DNA of 29,843 bases from a virus: IMG/VR virus record IMGVR_UViG_3300045988_044226, one strand, 5' to 3'. Every line of letters begins with the position of its first letter. Position 1 is the stretch's first letter. The position numbers and the translations under genes were made by a program. Positions 16,083 to 23,808 of the stretch are shown piece by piece. The notes below the pieces were generated by a model. The model saw only the letters and a program-made list of their open reading frames with translations, had not been told where the DNA came from and searched no databases.

Positions 16083-16369
16083 CCCGCCTTCTCGATTTCG
16101 CCCAGTGTCACGCCGCCGACCTTCTGGCAGAACTCGTCGAGCGTGCCGTAGAACAGGCTCTTTCCACGGCTCGCCGTGTTGCTGTTCACCTGAACCTCGA
16201 CCATCAGCTCGCGGTTGCCGTCGCTGTCCTCTGGCAGCGTCAGCTCGACTATGACGCTTCCCTCGTACGACTGCGCGAACGTCCTCAACCCGCTCGCATA
16301 CGTGCCTCCCCCGCTCGCGCTCGTCTTCGCGCTTCCGAAGACCTGTCCGTAGAACGTCGCCATTTTCAC
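16076..16369 (-). CDS. hypothetical protein
   Basis: 97-aa ORF in the early gene string. Confidence 0.4.
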   Translation of the reverse strand: MKMATFYGQVFGSAKTSASGGGTYASGLRTFAQSYEGSVIVELTLPEDSDGNRELMVEVQVNSNTASRGKSLFYGTLDEFCQKVGGVTLGEIEKAGW

Positions 16370-16380
16370 AACCCCCTGTC

Positions 16381-16698
16381 CTAGTTGTTTCTCACAAGAA
16401 GCTCGTACACCATGTTCGTGTACTCGCGGCTCTTCTCTGCGGCCAGGTCAGCGATGCTCTTCGCGCACCCCTCGTCGTGCTCTTCGGTTCCGCGCATCGC
16501 CTCGACGAACATCTGCTTGCGCATTTCCGTGCTCTCCCTTCTCGCTTCGGCGCACTTCCTGACGAGCTTCTTGGCGATTTCGTTCTCCCAGAGTTCGTCC
16601 GTCTTCCCAGCCAGGTCGAGCATGATGTCCTCTCTCCAGACGTTGGCGACCTCGAACAGGTCTTCGACGAACTGCTCTTTCGTGTATTCCTTCTCCAT
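16381..16698 (-). CDS. hypothetical protein
   Basis: 105 aa, the first gene downstream of early promoter copy 3. Confidence 0.45.
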   Translation of the reverse strand: MEKEYTKEQFVEDLFEVANVWREDIMLDLAGKTDELWENEIAKKLVRKCAEARRESTEMRKQMFVEAMRGTEEHDEGCAKSIADLAAEKSREYTNMVYELLVRNN

Positions 16699-16745
16699 CT
16701 TCGCATCCTGCCTTTCTAGTCCGTGTGGTGTTTCCGCCTGTAATC

Positions 16746-16774
16746 ATCTTATCGCATTACGTTCACGATTGCAA
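16746..16774 (-). promoter_or_regulatory. early sigma-70-like promoter copy 3 (-35 TTGCAA, 17-bp spacer, -10 TAAGAT)
   Basis: Minus strand reads TTGCAAtcgtgaacgtaatgcgaTAAGAT. The cassette is conserved with copies at 21075-21103 and 22658-22686, including GAACGTA in the spacer and (G/A)TTACAGGC…AAACACC downstream. Confidence 0.5.
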
Positions 16775-16793
16775 ACATTTGCGCAAGTTTTTT

Positions 16794-16832
16794 CGCAAAG
16801 AAAAGCCCGCCGACCTGCAAGGCCAAGCGGGC
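16794..16832 (-). terminator. rho-independent terminator preceding early promoter copy 3
   Basis: AAGCCCGC…GCGGGCTT hairpin followed by TTTTCTTTG on the minus strand. Confidence 0.5.
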
Positions 16833-16840
16833 TTCAATCA

Positions 16841-17215
16841 TCACCACAACGGGTTGCTGAACGGCACCCAGCCGTCCATCTTCAGCGCCTCCGAGTACTT
16901 CACTGGCTCGTCGGTCTTCAGGTACTCCCAGTGGCCTCCGCTCGTGTTCAGCAAGCCGAACTTGTCGCACGGCTGCCCCGACTTCACCCACCTGAAGTGC
17001 AGGCGGTTCGCGTGCGCGAGGCCTTGGCAATATTCGCGACCGTCAGCGTCGTGCAGGTTGTTCCCGAACCCGCAGAGCGTGACCGTCGGCTTCTCGACCT
17101 CCCTGCCGCCCCTGTGCATCTTCCCAGCGCCCCTGCGCACGACGTGGTGCTGGTTGAGCGGATATGTCCGCCCGCAGACGGCGCAGTACGGCGTTCTCAC
17201 CGTCACTCCGTCCAT
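16841..17215 (-). CDS. small HNH-like or zinc-finger protein
   Basis: Internal start MDGVTVRTPYCAVCGRTYPLNQHHVVRR…CGFGNNLHD…CQGLAHANRLH. The C..C…HH…N…C…H…H spacing suggests a His-Me finger. The longer listed N-terminus is arginine-rich out-of-frame overlap. Confidence 0.35.
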   Translation of the reverse strand: MDGVTVRTPYCAVCGRTYPLNQHHVVRRGAGKMHRGGREVEKPTVTLCGFGNNLHDADGREYCQGLAHANRLHFRWVKSGQPCDKFGLLNTSGGHWEYLKTDEPVKYSEALKMDGWVPFSNPLW

Positions 17216-17256
17216 GAGAGGGCGCAGGTACTGCGGCAGCGTGTCCACGCGTGCCA

Positions 17257-17526
17257 CTACTGCCCCTTCACCACGTAGACGGTCGCGCCCTCGCGGCGGC
17301 ACTTGATGCCGCTGAACTTCTTGCGGGCGACGGCGCTGATTGCCGCCTGCGCGGTCTTGGCCTTCTTCAGGTCGTCGAACTCGCAGCCGATGCACTCGTC
17401 GTCACCAGCCCAGAACGCCTCCAGAACCTTCTCGTAGCGACCGCTCGCGCCCATCGGCTTCTCGCAGGGCGCGAAGCCCATACCGTACTCGCTCATGTTC
17501 TGCCTTTCTTTCGTGTCTGAAAACAT
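17257..17526 (-). CDS. hypothetical protein
   Basis: 89-aa ORF. A 15-bp palindrome, GCGCCACAGTGGCGC, sits just upstream of its start. Confidence 0.4.
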   Translation of the reverse strand: MFSDTKERQNMSEYGMGFAPCEKPMGASGRYEKVLEAFWAGDDECIGCEFDDLKKAKTAQAAISAVARKKFSGIKCRREGATVYVVKGQ

Positions 17527-17627
17527 GCCTTTGCGCCACTGTGGCGCTCTGTAAGCCCCGTTTCACCTCTCTCTGGTGTAAGTGGATGCCAGACGGCGAT
17601 TCGGGGCTTAGAACCGATTCTACGGCC

Positions 17628-17849
17628 TTACGCAGGCCACGTGCTTCCCACGATGAACCATGTCAGCATGATGCAGCCGACGATTACGATGCAGGCGATT
17701 GCCCCTGCCGCGTTCGGGTGCTCGTAGGCGAAGTCGTCGGTTGCCTCTCCCAACGTGCGGCGAACCTTGCGGTACGGGTGGATTGTTCTCTCCTCCAGCC
17801 CGTTACCCGTCCAGACCTTGACCCTCTTCTCGACCGTGTAGAACTCCAT
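17628..17849 (-). CDS. small membrane protein
   Basis: Internal start MEFYTVEKRV… with a C-terminal hydrophobic segment (AGAIACIVIVGCIMLTWFIVG). Its ATG overlaps the TGA of the upstream HTH gene in a TGATG arrangement. Confidence 0.4.
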   Translation of the reverse strand: MEFYTVEKRVKVWTGNGLEERTIHPYRKVRRTLGEATDDFAYEHPNAAGAIACIVIVGCIMLTWFIVGSTWPA

Positions 17850-18034
17850 CACCAAATCTCCTCTGCCTTGACACCGAACAGCTCGCACATCTTCTTCAGC
17901 AGCTCGACGCGAGCGTCGCGCTTCTGGTTCATCACGTTGGACATGTGCGCGACGGACACGCCGGTGCGGCGTGCCAGCTCGTTCTGGCTGATTCCCTGCT
18001 TCTCGCACTGCTCGCGGATCGCCTTAACGTTCAT
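17849..18034 (-). CDS. XRE/Cro-like helix-turn-helix transcriptional regulator
   Basis: 61 aa with the HTH signature QNELARRTGVSVAHMSNVMN. It has its own upstream TATGAT -10. Confidence 0.7.
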   Translation of the reverse strand: MNVKAIREQCEKQGISQNELARRTGVSVAHMSNVMNQKRDARVELLKKMCELFGVKAEEIW

Positions 18035-18077
18035 TGCCCGTCCTCCCTTCTGTGTTTACAATCGTTATCATAGCACG

Positions 18078-18911
18078 TTACACGCCTAGGTCGTCCATGA
18101 TTTCTCTGTACCTGTCGCGCGTAGCCCTGCGCCTTCCCGTCTCGACCTCCACGGGCAGGCACGCCTCCAGCACGCGCCCGTAGATTCTTGCGGACATGAC
18201 ATCGGCTGGCGCTGCAAGCTCCTCCCTCGTGAGGTTCGTCGATACCACCATCGGCTTTCTCGCGCTGTAGCGCCCGTCCACCACGGCGTAGACGTACTCC
18301 TGTCCGAACGACGTGCTTCGCTCTGCTCCCAAGTCGTCCAGCACCAGCAGGTCGCACACGAGCAGCCTGTCCAGCATCGCATCGTCCCTCTGCACGAGCA
18401 GCTGCGGCATCGAGCGCATTATCACCGAATGCCCAGCGTCCAGCGCGGCGTTGGCGATGCAGCAGCTCAGAAACGTCTTTCCGCTGTCTGGCCTGCCGAA
18501 GAACAGCAGCCCGTAGTCGAGCTTCCCGCCAGTCTCCGCGAACCTGTCCGCGTAAGCCCTCGCCTTGCGCATCTGCTCGGCTCCGAACTTGCCGTCGTCC
18601 GCGTCGAACGTCTTCTGCCTCATGGCCTCCGACGGGAACGCAGCCCTTATTCTCGCCCGCTCGGCTTTCTCGGCACACTTGCGCTGCTCTTCGCGCTTCT
18701 GCTCCTCGTCCGCCCTCACCATGCACTCGCACATGCACGGCAGCTTGCGCACGGTTCCCTCTGAATCGGTCAACACGACCTGACGCGGCGTTCCGCACCT
18801 ACCGCAACGCACGAGGCCGTCGTCTCCGACGAACGTGTCGGCACCGAACGGCTTTCCCTCGAACCCGTCAAGCATCGAGCGCAGCGCCGATTGCATCGAA
18901 GACCGTTGCAT
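18078..18911 (-). CDS. DnaC/IstB-like helicase loader ATPase
   Basis: Walker A GRPDSGKTFL and Walker B LLVLDDLGAE are present, and the gene follows the replisome organiser. Confidence 0.8.
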   Translation of the reverse strand: MQRSSMQSALRSMLDGFEGKPFGADTFVGDDGLVRCGRCGTPRQVVLTDSEGTVRKLPCMCECMVRADEEQKREEQRKCAEKAERARIRAAFPSEAMRQKTFDADDGKFGAEQMRKARAYADRFAETGGKLDYGLLFFGRPDSGKTFLSCCIANAALDAGHSVIMRSMPQLLVQRDDAMLDRLLVCDLLVLDDLGAERSTSFGQEYVYAVVDGRYSARKPMVVSTNLTREELAAPADVMSARIYGRVLEACLPVEVETGRRRATRDRYREIMDDLGV

Positions 18912-19566
18912 CCCTCGCAGCCCCCTTCCTATTGCCGTCTCGCTTAGCCCACGAGCGGATGGTCGCGAGGTAGTTCTTGTACGACTTGCCCTTGGACGCG
19001 CAGTAGGTCGATACCTGCTCGATGCGCTCAGCCCAGTCGCTAGGGAACTCGGCCTTCAGATTCTCCAGCTCCTCGTCGGACAGCATGACGTTCCAGTACT
19101 CCCCGTAGGCGCGACGCGCAGGCTTACCCTTACCTCTACTAACCTCTCCTAAACTAACCTCTCCTAAACTAGCAGGCGTTTCGCACGCATCTTCGCGCGG
19201 TTTGCTTGCAGTCTTCGTGCAGTTTGCAAGCGGTTCGCAAACAAGCTGGTAGGAACCGCAATCCGTGACCGTCAGAGCCGCAAGCTCCTCCTCGTACTGC
19301 GTCGCCTTGCGTCGGCTCTCCGTGATGGTGTTGTTCTGCCACCAGTCCATGATGACCAGAACCCCGCTCGGGAACATGTGGACGAAGCCAGCCTTTGCGA
19401 GTTCCGCCATGGCCGCTGGCTTCGACCCTATCGAGCGCTGCACGCGCTTTGGCGCTCCCACGAAGCCCCAGTCGTCCGCGTCCATCGACAGATGGACGTA
19501 CAGCGCCTGCGCCTCGAAGCCCATATCAGCGAACCCGTCAGAGCCGATAACGTCTCTTGCGAACAT
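18868..19566 (-). CDS. phage replisome organiser / DnaD-like replication initiator
   Basis: The N-terminus MFARDVIGSDGFADMGFEAQALYVHLSMDADDWGFV is typical of the phage replisome organiser N-domain, followed by a DnaD-like C-domain. The ATG at 19566 has a GGAAAGAGG RBS. Iterons lie within the coding sequence. Confidence 0.7.
   Translation of the reverse strand: MFARDVIGSDGFADMGFEAQALYVHLSMDADDWGFVGAPKRVQRSIGSKPAAMAELAKAGFVHMFPSGVLVIMDWWQNNTITESRRKATQYEEELAALTVTDCGSYQLVCEPLANCTKTASKPREDACETPASLGEVSLGEVSRGKGKPARRAYGEYWNVMLSDEELENLKAEFPSDWAERIEQVSTYCASKGKSYKNYLATIRSWAKRDGNRKGAARDATVFDAIGAALDA
19139..19245. repeat. iteron cluster inside the rep gene (locus B): a 2x 15-bp direct repeat taacctctcctaaac, then tagcag, then TTTGC(A/T)TGCAG-type units; candidate origin of replication
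   Basis: The tandem repeat at 19140-19169 is read directly. It shares ctaaactagcag…tttgcaagc…cgtgcagtttg with locus A (4166-4444). On translation it encodes the linker SLGEVSLGEVS. Confidence 0.6.
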
Positions 19567-19645
19567 CCTCTTTCCCGCCAATTCGCACCTCCTTTCAAGG
19601 GTTCCCCCCTCCGATTTCTCTGGAGGGGGGTGTCGTCCTCGGAAC

Positions 19646-20143
19646 CTACTTCACCTGAAGGTTCTGGCTGACCTCCAAGTGAGCGCCGGCCACCTCGCGG
19701 CCAGCCTTCAGCGCCTTGGCGATTTCGGTCTTGTTCACCTTCACGGTCACGACCTTCTCGGTGAACTCCTCGGGCACAGCGGCCTCGTCATCGACGATGG
19801 TTCGCGTTGACTTGCGCGTGCCGAGCGCGACCATCGGCGTTTCCAGCTTCTGCTTCGGCGTTTTCAGCAGGCAGCGCAGCACGTACCCGTTCATGCGCTC
19901 CAGACGCTTCTCGATTGCCTTGCGGCGATCGTACAGCGCCTTCTCCTCTGCTCTGATAGCGTCAGCGAGCGACTTCTGGTTCTTCATCCAGATTCCGCAG
20001 GCCTCCAGCTTCTCGTCGAACGCGACCTGAAGCTGCTCCAGGTCGCCCTCCTCGAACAGCACCTCGCCAGTCTCCTCGTCCCACGAGAAACCCGTCTCGA
20101 TTACCTGCTCGATTGCTCGGTCGATTTCGTAAAGCGTCGCCAT
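19646..20143 (-). CDS. Sipho_Gp157-family protein
   Basis: Start MATLYEIDRAIEQVIE… with a GGAGGAG RBS. The coiled-coil pattern …EEKALYDRRKAIEKRLERMNGYVL… is characteristic of the Gp157 family. Confidence 0.5.
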   Translation of the reverse strand: MATLYEIDRAIEQVIETGFSWDEETGEVLFEEGDLEQLQVAFDEKLEACGIWMKNQKSLADAIRAEEKALYDRRKAIEKRLERMNGYVLRCLLKTPKQKLETPMVALGTRKSTRTIVDDEAAVPEEFTEKVVTVKVNKTEIAKALKAGREVAGAHLEVSQNLQVK

Positions 20144-20577
20144 GTCTCCTCCATTTCGGATTCGGTGCCCTCGTCGGCACCGCTGATTCTCACGTACAGC
20201 TCCTCCTGCGGGCACCTTACCCTCGGGAGCTTCACCGCCTTCAGGCTCACAACGTCCTTGTCGTCTCCGAACGCCACCCCGTTGAGCGCGTCCAGCACCG
20301 CCTTCGCAACGTTGTCGATGTCAGGCTTGAACGAGTCCCACTCTCGCTCCAGCTTCTTCGGTCGGCTCTTGGGCATCGGCCTGCGGTACGCAATCTCTAC
20401 CTCCACCGCGCCCTCGTGCATCGTTCCGCCCTGCGCCTGATAGGCCACCCTGACTAGGCTCTCGAACGTCTCGCCCTTCTTCGGCGTGAACGTCCTCACC
20501 CTGCCCCCGTACGAGGTGAAGCGGGGTCGCGGCTTTCCCACGACCTCGCCCACCACGTGGAGCACGCTACTCGTCAT
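20101..20577 (-). CDS. rusA: RusA-family Holliday junction resolvase
   Basis: Motifs GKPRPRF and KPDIDNVAKAVLDALNG are present. Confidence 0.75.
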   Translation of the reverse strand: MTSSVLHVVGEVVGKPRPRFTSYGGRVRTFTPKKGETFESLVRVAYQAQGGTMHEGAVEVEIAYRRPMPKSRPKKLEREWDSFKPDIDNVAKAVLDALNGVAFGDDKDVVSLKAVKLPRVRCPQEELYVRISGADEGTESEMEETWRRFTKSTEQSSR

Positions 20578-21007
20578 CGTTCTCGCGCTCGGCCTCGGCC
20601 AGCGCGTCCATCGCCTTGCGCTTCTCCTTCTCGTACACGGCGCGAATCTCGGTGTCCATGAGCTTGTAGAAGTCCTCGCGGCTCATGAAGTCGGGCACCT
20701 CGCCCACGTTGTCCTTGCGCCACTTCTCGAACTTCTCCACGACGATCAATCCGCTGTCATCGCGTCGAACCGTCACGTCTGGCCAGTACTTGATCGCCTT
20801 GTCCACGAGATTCTTGCGCCCCTCCTCCATGATTCGAGCCTTGGCGTAGGCGTACGGGTCGCTCTCGCACTCGGTCGGCGCTGCGATGGTCGCGATGTCG
20901 TCGTTGAGACGCTTCAGGCGCTCGTTCTCGATTCGCAGACGCGCGTTCTCGTCGTAGACCTTCAACACGGCCTCGACCACAGCGTACTTGCTGGCCTCGT
21001 TCTCCAT
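20567..21007 (-). CDS. hypothetical protein
   Basis: Start MENEASKY… with an AGGAGGAA RBS, downstream of the predicted transcription start of early promoter copy 2. The listed upstream extension would lie 5' of the transcript. Confidence 0.4.
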   Translation of the reverse strand: MENEASKYAVVEAVLKVYDENARLRIENERLKRLNDDIATIAAPTECESDPYAYAKARIMEEGRKNLVDKAIKYWPDVTVRRDDSGLIVVEKFEKWRKDNVGEVPDFMSREDFYKLMDTEIRAVYEKEKRKAMDALAEAERENDDE

Positions 21008-21042
21008 TTCCTCCTGCCTTTCTGGGCTTCCGCCCATCCTGC

Positions 21043-21103
21043 CAAACACCCCTGTGGTGTTTGTGCCTGTAAACATCTTAGCACGGTACGTTCGCGTATG
21101 CAA
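21043..21103 (-). promoter_or_regulatory. early promoter copy 2 (-35 TTGCAT, 17-bp spacer, -10 TAAGAT) with an operator-like palindrome CAAACACC-cctgt-GGTGTTTG over the transcript start
   Basis: Hexamers at 21098-21103 and 21075-21080. Inverted repeat at 21043-21063. Confidence 0.5.
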
Positions 21104-21112
21104 ATGTTTACG

Positions 21113-21143
21113 TGAGAAAAAAGCCCCCGATTTCTCAGGGGCT
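21113..21143 (-). terminator. rho-independent terminator
   Basis: AGCCCC-cgatttctca-GGGGCT followed by TTTTTTCTC on the minus strand. Confidence 0.5.
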
Positions 21144-21148
21144 TCTCG

Positions 21149-21334
21149 CTACTCGTCCTCGAAGTGAAGCTCCTCCTGCGACGTGCGGAGGTCGCAGGCC
21201 ATCAGCTGCCCAGTCATGCCGACGAGGCGCGGCAGCTCGTCGATGCTGTTAGAGTCGATGCTCAGCACCAGCTGCGCCTTGCCGTTGTTCGCCGTCACCT
21301 TGTCCAGCGTCACCAACATGTCGGTCACGTACAT
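21149..21334 (-). CDS. small acidic hypothetical protein
   Basis: 61-aa ORF between the SSB gene and the terminator. Confidence 0.35.
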   Translation of the reverse strand: MYVTDMLVTLDKVTANNGKAQLVLSIDSNSIDELPRLVGMTGQLMACDLRTSQEELHFEDE

Positions 21335-21344
21335 TTCTCTCTCC

Positions 21345-21764
21345 TTAGAACGGGATGTCCTCGTCGTACATTTGCGCCTCGTAGTCGCCTTGCGCCTCGG
21401 CCTGCTGCTGGTCGTAATCGTCGCCGTCGAGCCTCCGCGACTCGAAGTGGATGTTGTCAGCCGTCACCTCCAGCTTCGAGCGGTTCTGGCCGTCCTTGTT
21501 CTGCCATCGGTTCTGGTGCAGACGGCCAGTCAGCGCGACGTACGTGCCCTTGGTCAGGTATCGGCTGACGCTCTCGGCACGACGACCGAGCATCGTGCAG
21601 TCCACGTAGTTCGGGTAGTCCTCGTACTCGCCCGTCTGCTGGTTCTTGCGGCTCTCGTTCACCGCCACGCTGAACGTCAGCACGGCCATGCCGCTCGCGG
21701 TCGCCCGAAGCTCCGCGTCCCTGCACAGGTTGCCTCCGATGGACACCGTGTTCAATCCCTGCAT
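21345..21764 (-). CDS. ssb: single-stranded DNA-binding protein
   Basis: OB-fold SSB pattern with the characteristic acidic C-terminal tail …DEDIPF. Confidence 0.85.
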   Translation of the reverse strand: MQGLNTVSIGGNLCRDAELRATASGMAVLTFSVAVNESRKNQQTGEYEDYPNYVDCTMLGRRAESVSRYLTKGTYVALTGRLHQNRWQNKDGQNRSKLEVTADNIHFESRRLDGDDYDQQQAEAQGDYEAQMYDEDIPF

Positions 21765-21773
21765 GTTCTCTCC

Positions 21774-22547
21774 TTACTTCGACTTCTCGACCCACGCTGC
21801 GAGTATGCGTATCGCGGTTGCAGCTTGAATCTGGTCGTACTCCACCGCGTTCGGCGCGACCCCTAGGCTCACCATGTGCTGGCTCTTGTTGAGCGCGGAC
21901 ACAACCTCGTCAACGGTCTTGCCCTTCAGCTCGGCGAGCTGTCCGACGAGCGTCAGAATCTCGTCCATCTGCTGCTGCGTGGCGGGCTGTGGCGGCTCCT
22001 GACGCGCCGTTTGGCGCTTGGCGGTAGTGTTGGAGGGCTTGGCTGTTTTCGTGCCGCTGCGGGCGTTCTGCGCCTTCTGGCGCTGGCTTCCGTTGTCCAT
22101 AGCGTCCACCTCCTCGCCAGAATCGATTGCGAACAGGGCGCACGCCGCGTACTTGCGGGCGTAGCTCGACGCAAGCCCAGTCACCTGAGCGTCGTCCATG
22201 CCCTTCTTCGAGACCTGCTCCCTCGCGTATGCGGTCGCCGATACGGTCTCTCTGCACCCAGCAGCCCAGAACGTAATCTTCGCGCGAAGGTACCACCTGA
22301 AGGCATCCTCGCCCGCCGCCTTGTCGAGCGTCGGGTCTCCCCCGTCGTCCGCACGCTTCGGTACGATCTCGTCCTCGAAGACGTAGCCGCACCGCAGCTC
22401 TTTGCACAGCGGCTTCAACGCCGCGTTGATGTCCTCCAGCGAGCGGTACGAGTACCCGCCGAACTTGTTCACTCGACCCTTCGGGCAAGTCACGCGGTGC
22501 TGAACCTCGGCCAGCACGTCGTAGACGCTTCTCTCCTCGTTTGCCAT
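21774..22547 (-). CDS. ERF-family single-strand annealing protein
   Basis: Conserved GYSYRSLEDINAALKPL and KYAACALF match the ERF superfamily. The ATG at 22547 has an AGGAGGTG RBS. It lies upstream of ssb. Confidence 0.7.
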   Translation of the reverse strand: MANEERSVYDVLAEVQHRVTCPKGRVNKFGGYSYRSLEDINAALKPLCKELRCGYVFEDEIVPKRADDGGDPTLDKAAGEDAFRWYLRAKITFWAAGCRETVSATAYAREQVSKKGMDDAQVTGLASSYARKYAACALFAIDSGEEVDAMDNGSQRQKAQNARSGTKTAKPSNTTAKRQTARQEPPQPATQQQMDEILTLVGQLAELKGKTVDEVVSALNKSQHMVSLGVAPNAVEYDQIQAATAIRILAAWVEKSK

Positions 22548-22627
22548 AAACACCACCTCCTATGCAACGAACTCCTCGTAGAACACCGTATTCATGTCTC
22601 CTGCCTTTCCGCCCTCTCGGGCATCCT

Positions 22628-22686
22628 TGCACAAACCCTGTTGTTTGTGCTTGTAAACATCTTAGCAGGTTACGTTCACGGTGGCA
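22628..22686 (-). promoter_or_regulatory. early promoter copy 1 (-35 TTGCCA, 17-bp spacer, -10 TAAGAT) with operator-like palindrome GCACAAAC-cctgtt-GTTTGTGC
   Basis: Hexamers at 22681-22686 and 22658-22663. Perfect inverted repeat at 22628-22649, overlapping +1. Confidence 0.5.
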
Positions 22687-22699
22687 AACAGTTTGCGCA

Positions 22700-22731
22700 A
22701 GAAAAAAGGAGGCCTCCGAACGGAAGCCTCC
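22700..22731 (-). terminator. rho-independent terminator after the lysis cassette
   Basis: GGAGGC…GCCTCC hairpin followed by TTTTTT on the minus strand. Confidence 0.5.
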
Positions 22732-22749
22732 CAAAGTCGCCCTGACATT

Positions 22750-23808
22750 CTACAGCTTGATTACCTGACACGCGTAAATCAGGTTCGCGTTCTTGATTGA
22801 CGGGTTCTTCGCCAGAATCGCCGAGACAGTGGTGCCGTTGCGCAAGGCGATGGCGCTGAGCGTGTCGCCGCTCTTGACCGTGTAGGTCTTCCCCGCGCCG
22901 TTGATGATGCCCTGCGCCTCGGCGTACTTGCCGCCGCACGCCTCGATGACAGTCTGCCGCACGGGGTTGTTCCCGTACTTCCCAGCCTTGATCCACTCGG
23001 CTAGCGTCGCCGCCGACGCGTTGTGCGTGTCGTTGATGAAGCCCTGCACCTCGTCGTACCGCGAGCCGCAGTACTCGCGCCGCGCGTCGCCGTTTATCTC
23101 GTTCGTCACGACGTGGTACACGAGGTCGAGCGTCGAGCCGTCGGGCGCTTCCTGCTCGGGCTTCTGAGGCTCCTGCGGCTTCTGGCCTCCTCGGTCGCCT
23201 CTTGCGATAGCGTCCCAGCCCTCTCGGGTCAGGTATGCGATGTCGAGGTCGAGGTTGCCATCGTGCCCGTCGAGCCTGCCCGTGCTGGAATACTGGTGCA
23301 TCGTGACTGCCTTGAACGCCCCGATGCTGCCCTTCGGGAACCACGGGTCGCTCTGGTATCCCGTGGGCTTGCTGTTGGCGTACTGGGCGACCCACAGCGC
23401 GTGGTAGGGCGCGATGGCGCTCCAGTCCTCCTCGGTCAGCACAGAGCGCGACGTGTACACCATGCAGCGCACCTTGGTCTTCTCGTACACGCGGTCGAGG
23501 AACCGCTTCACCCACGCGGTGCCCTTGCGACCGTACATTTCGTAGTCGAGCACGGGGATGCCCTCGCCGAAGTAGTTCAGGCAGTTCTTCACGAAGAAGT
23601 CGGCTTCGGCGATAGCGTCGCCGCCTGCTGCGAAGTGGTAGAAGCCCCACTTCTTGCCCAGAGCCTTCGCCTGCTGCACCCACGGGTCGCACGTGTCGTG
23701 GACGATGCTCGTTCCCTCCGTCGCCTTGCATACCACGAAGTCGCACGGCACCTTAGACAGGTCAAGCCCGCGCTGGTAGTTGCTGATGTCAATTCCGTTG
23801 AGCGCCAT
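22750..23808 (-). CDS. endolysin: GH25 muramidase with a C-terminal LysM domain
   Basis: The N-terminus NGIDISNYQ…KATEGTSIVHD…GFYHFA matches GH25. The C-terminal YTVKSGDTLSAIALRNGTTVSAILAKNPSIKNANLIYACQVIKL matches LysM. There are two internal repeats of about 25 aa. Start at the ATG at 23808 with an AAGGGGTGG RBS. Confidence 0.8.
   Translation of the reverse strand: MALNGIDISNYQRGLDLSKVPCDFVVCKATEGTSIVHDTCDPWVQQAKALGKKWGFYHFAAGGDAIAEADFFVKNCLNYFGEGIPVLDYEMYGRKGTAWVKRFLDRVYEKTKVRCMVYTSRSVLTEEDWSAIAPYHALWVAQYANSKPTGYQSDPWFPKGSIGAFKAVTMHQYSSTGRLDGHDGNLDLDIAYLTREGWDAIARGDRGGQKPQEPQKPEQEAPDGSTLDLVYHVVTNEINGDARREYCGSRYDEVQGFINDTHNASAATLAEWIKAGKYGNNPVRQTVIEACGGKYAEAQGIINGAGKTYTVKSGDTLSAIALRNGTTVSAILAKNPSIKNANLIYACQVIKL

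Noticed and set aside
17849-18034. The 61-aa HTH protein as a CI-type lysogeny repressor
   Set aside because: It is too short, has no peptidase or oligomerisation domain, is co-oriented with the lytic genes, and there is no integrase or divergent promoter architecture. It is more consistent with a Cro-like early regulator.
19605-19631. Hairpin CCCCCCTCC…GGAGGGGGG between the Gp157 and rep genes as a terminator
   Set aside because: There is no U-run on either strand. It may just be a structured intergenic spacer or a protein-binding site. Evidence is insufficient to call it a terminator.
21910-23746. Minus-strand alternate-frame ORFs such as 21910..22734 (274 aa), 22676..23746 (356 aa), 18031..18798 (255 aa), 11375..12127 and 12874..13392
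   Set aside because: They overlap recognisable genes (ERF, GH25 lysin, DnaC, TerL, DUF488-like) in another frame and are extremely arginine-rich. They are artefacts of GC-rich third positions.
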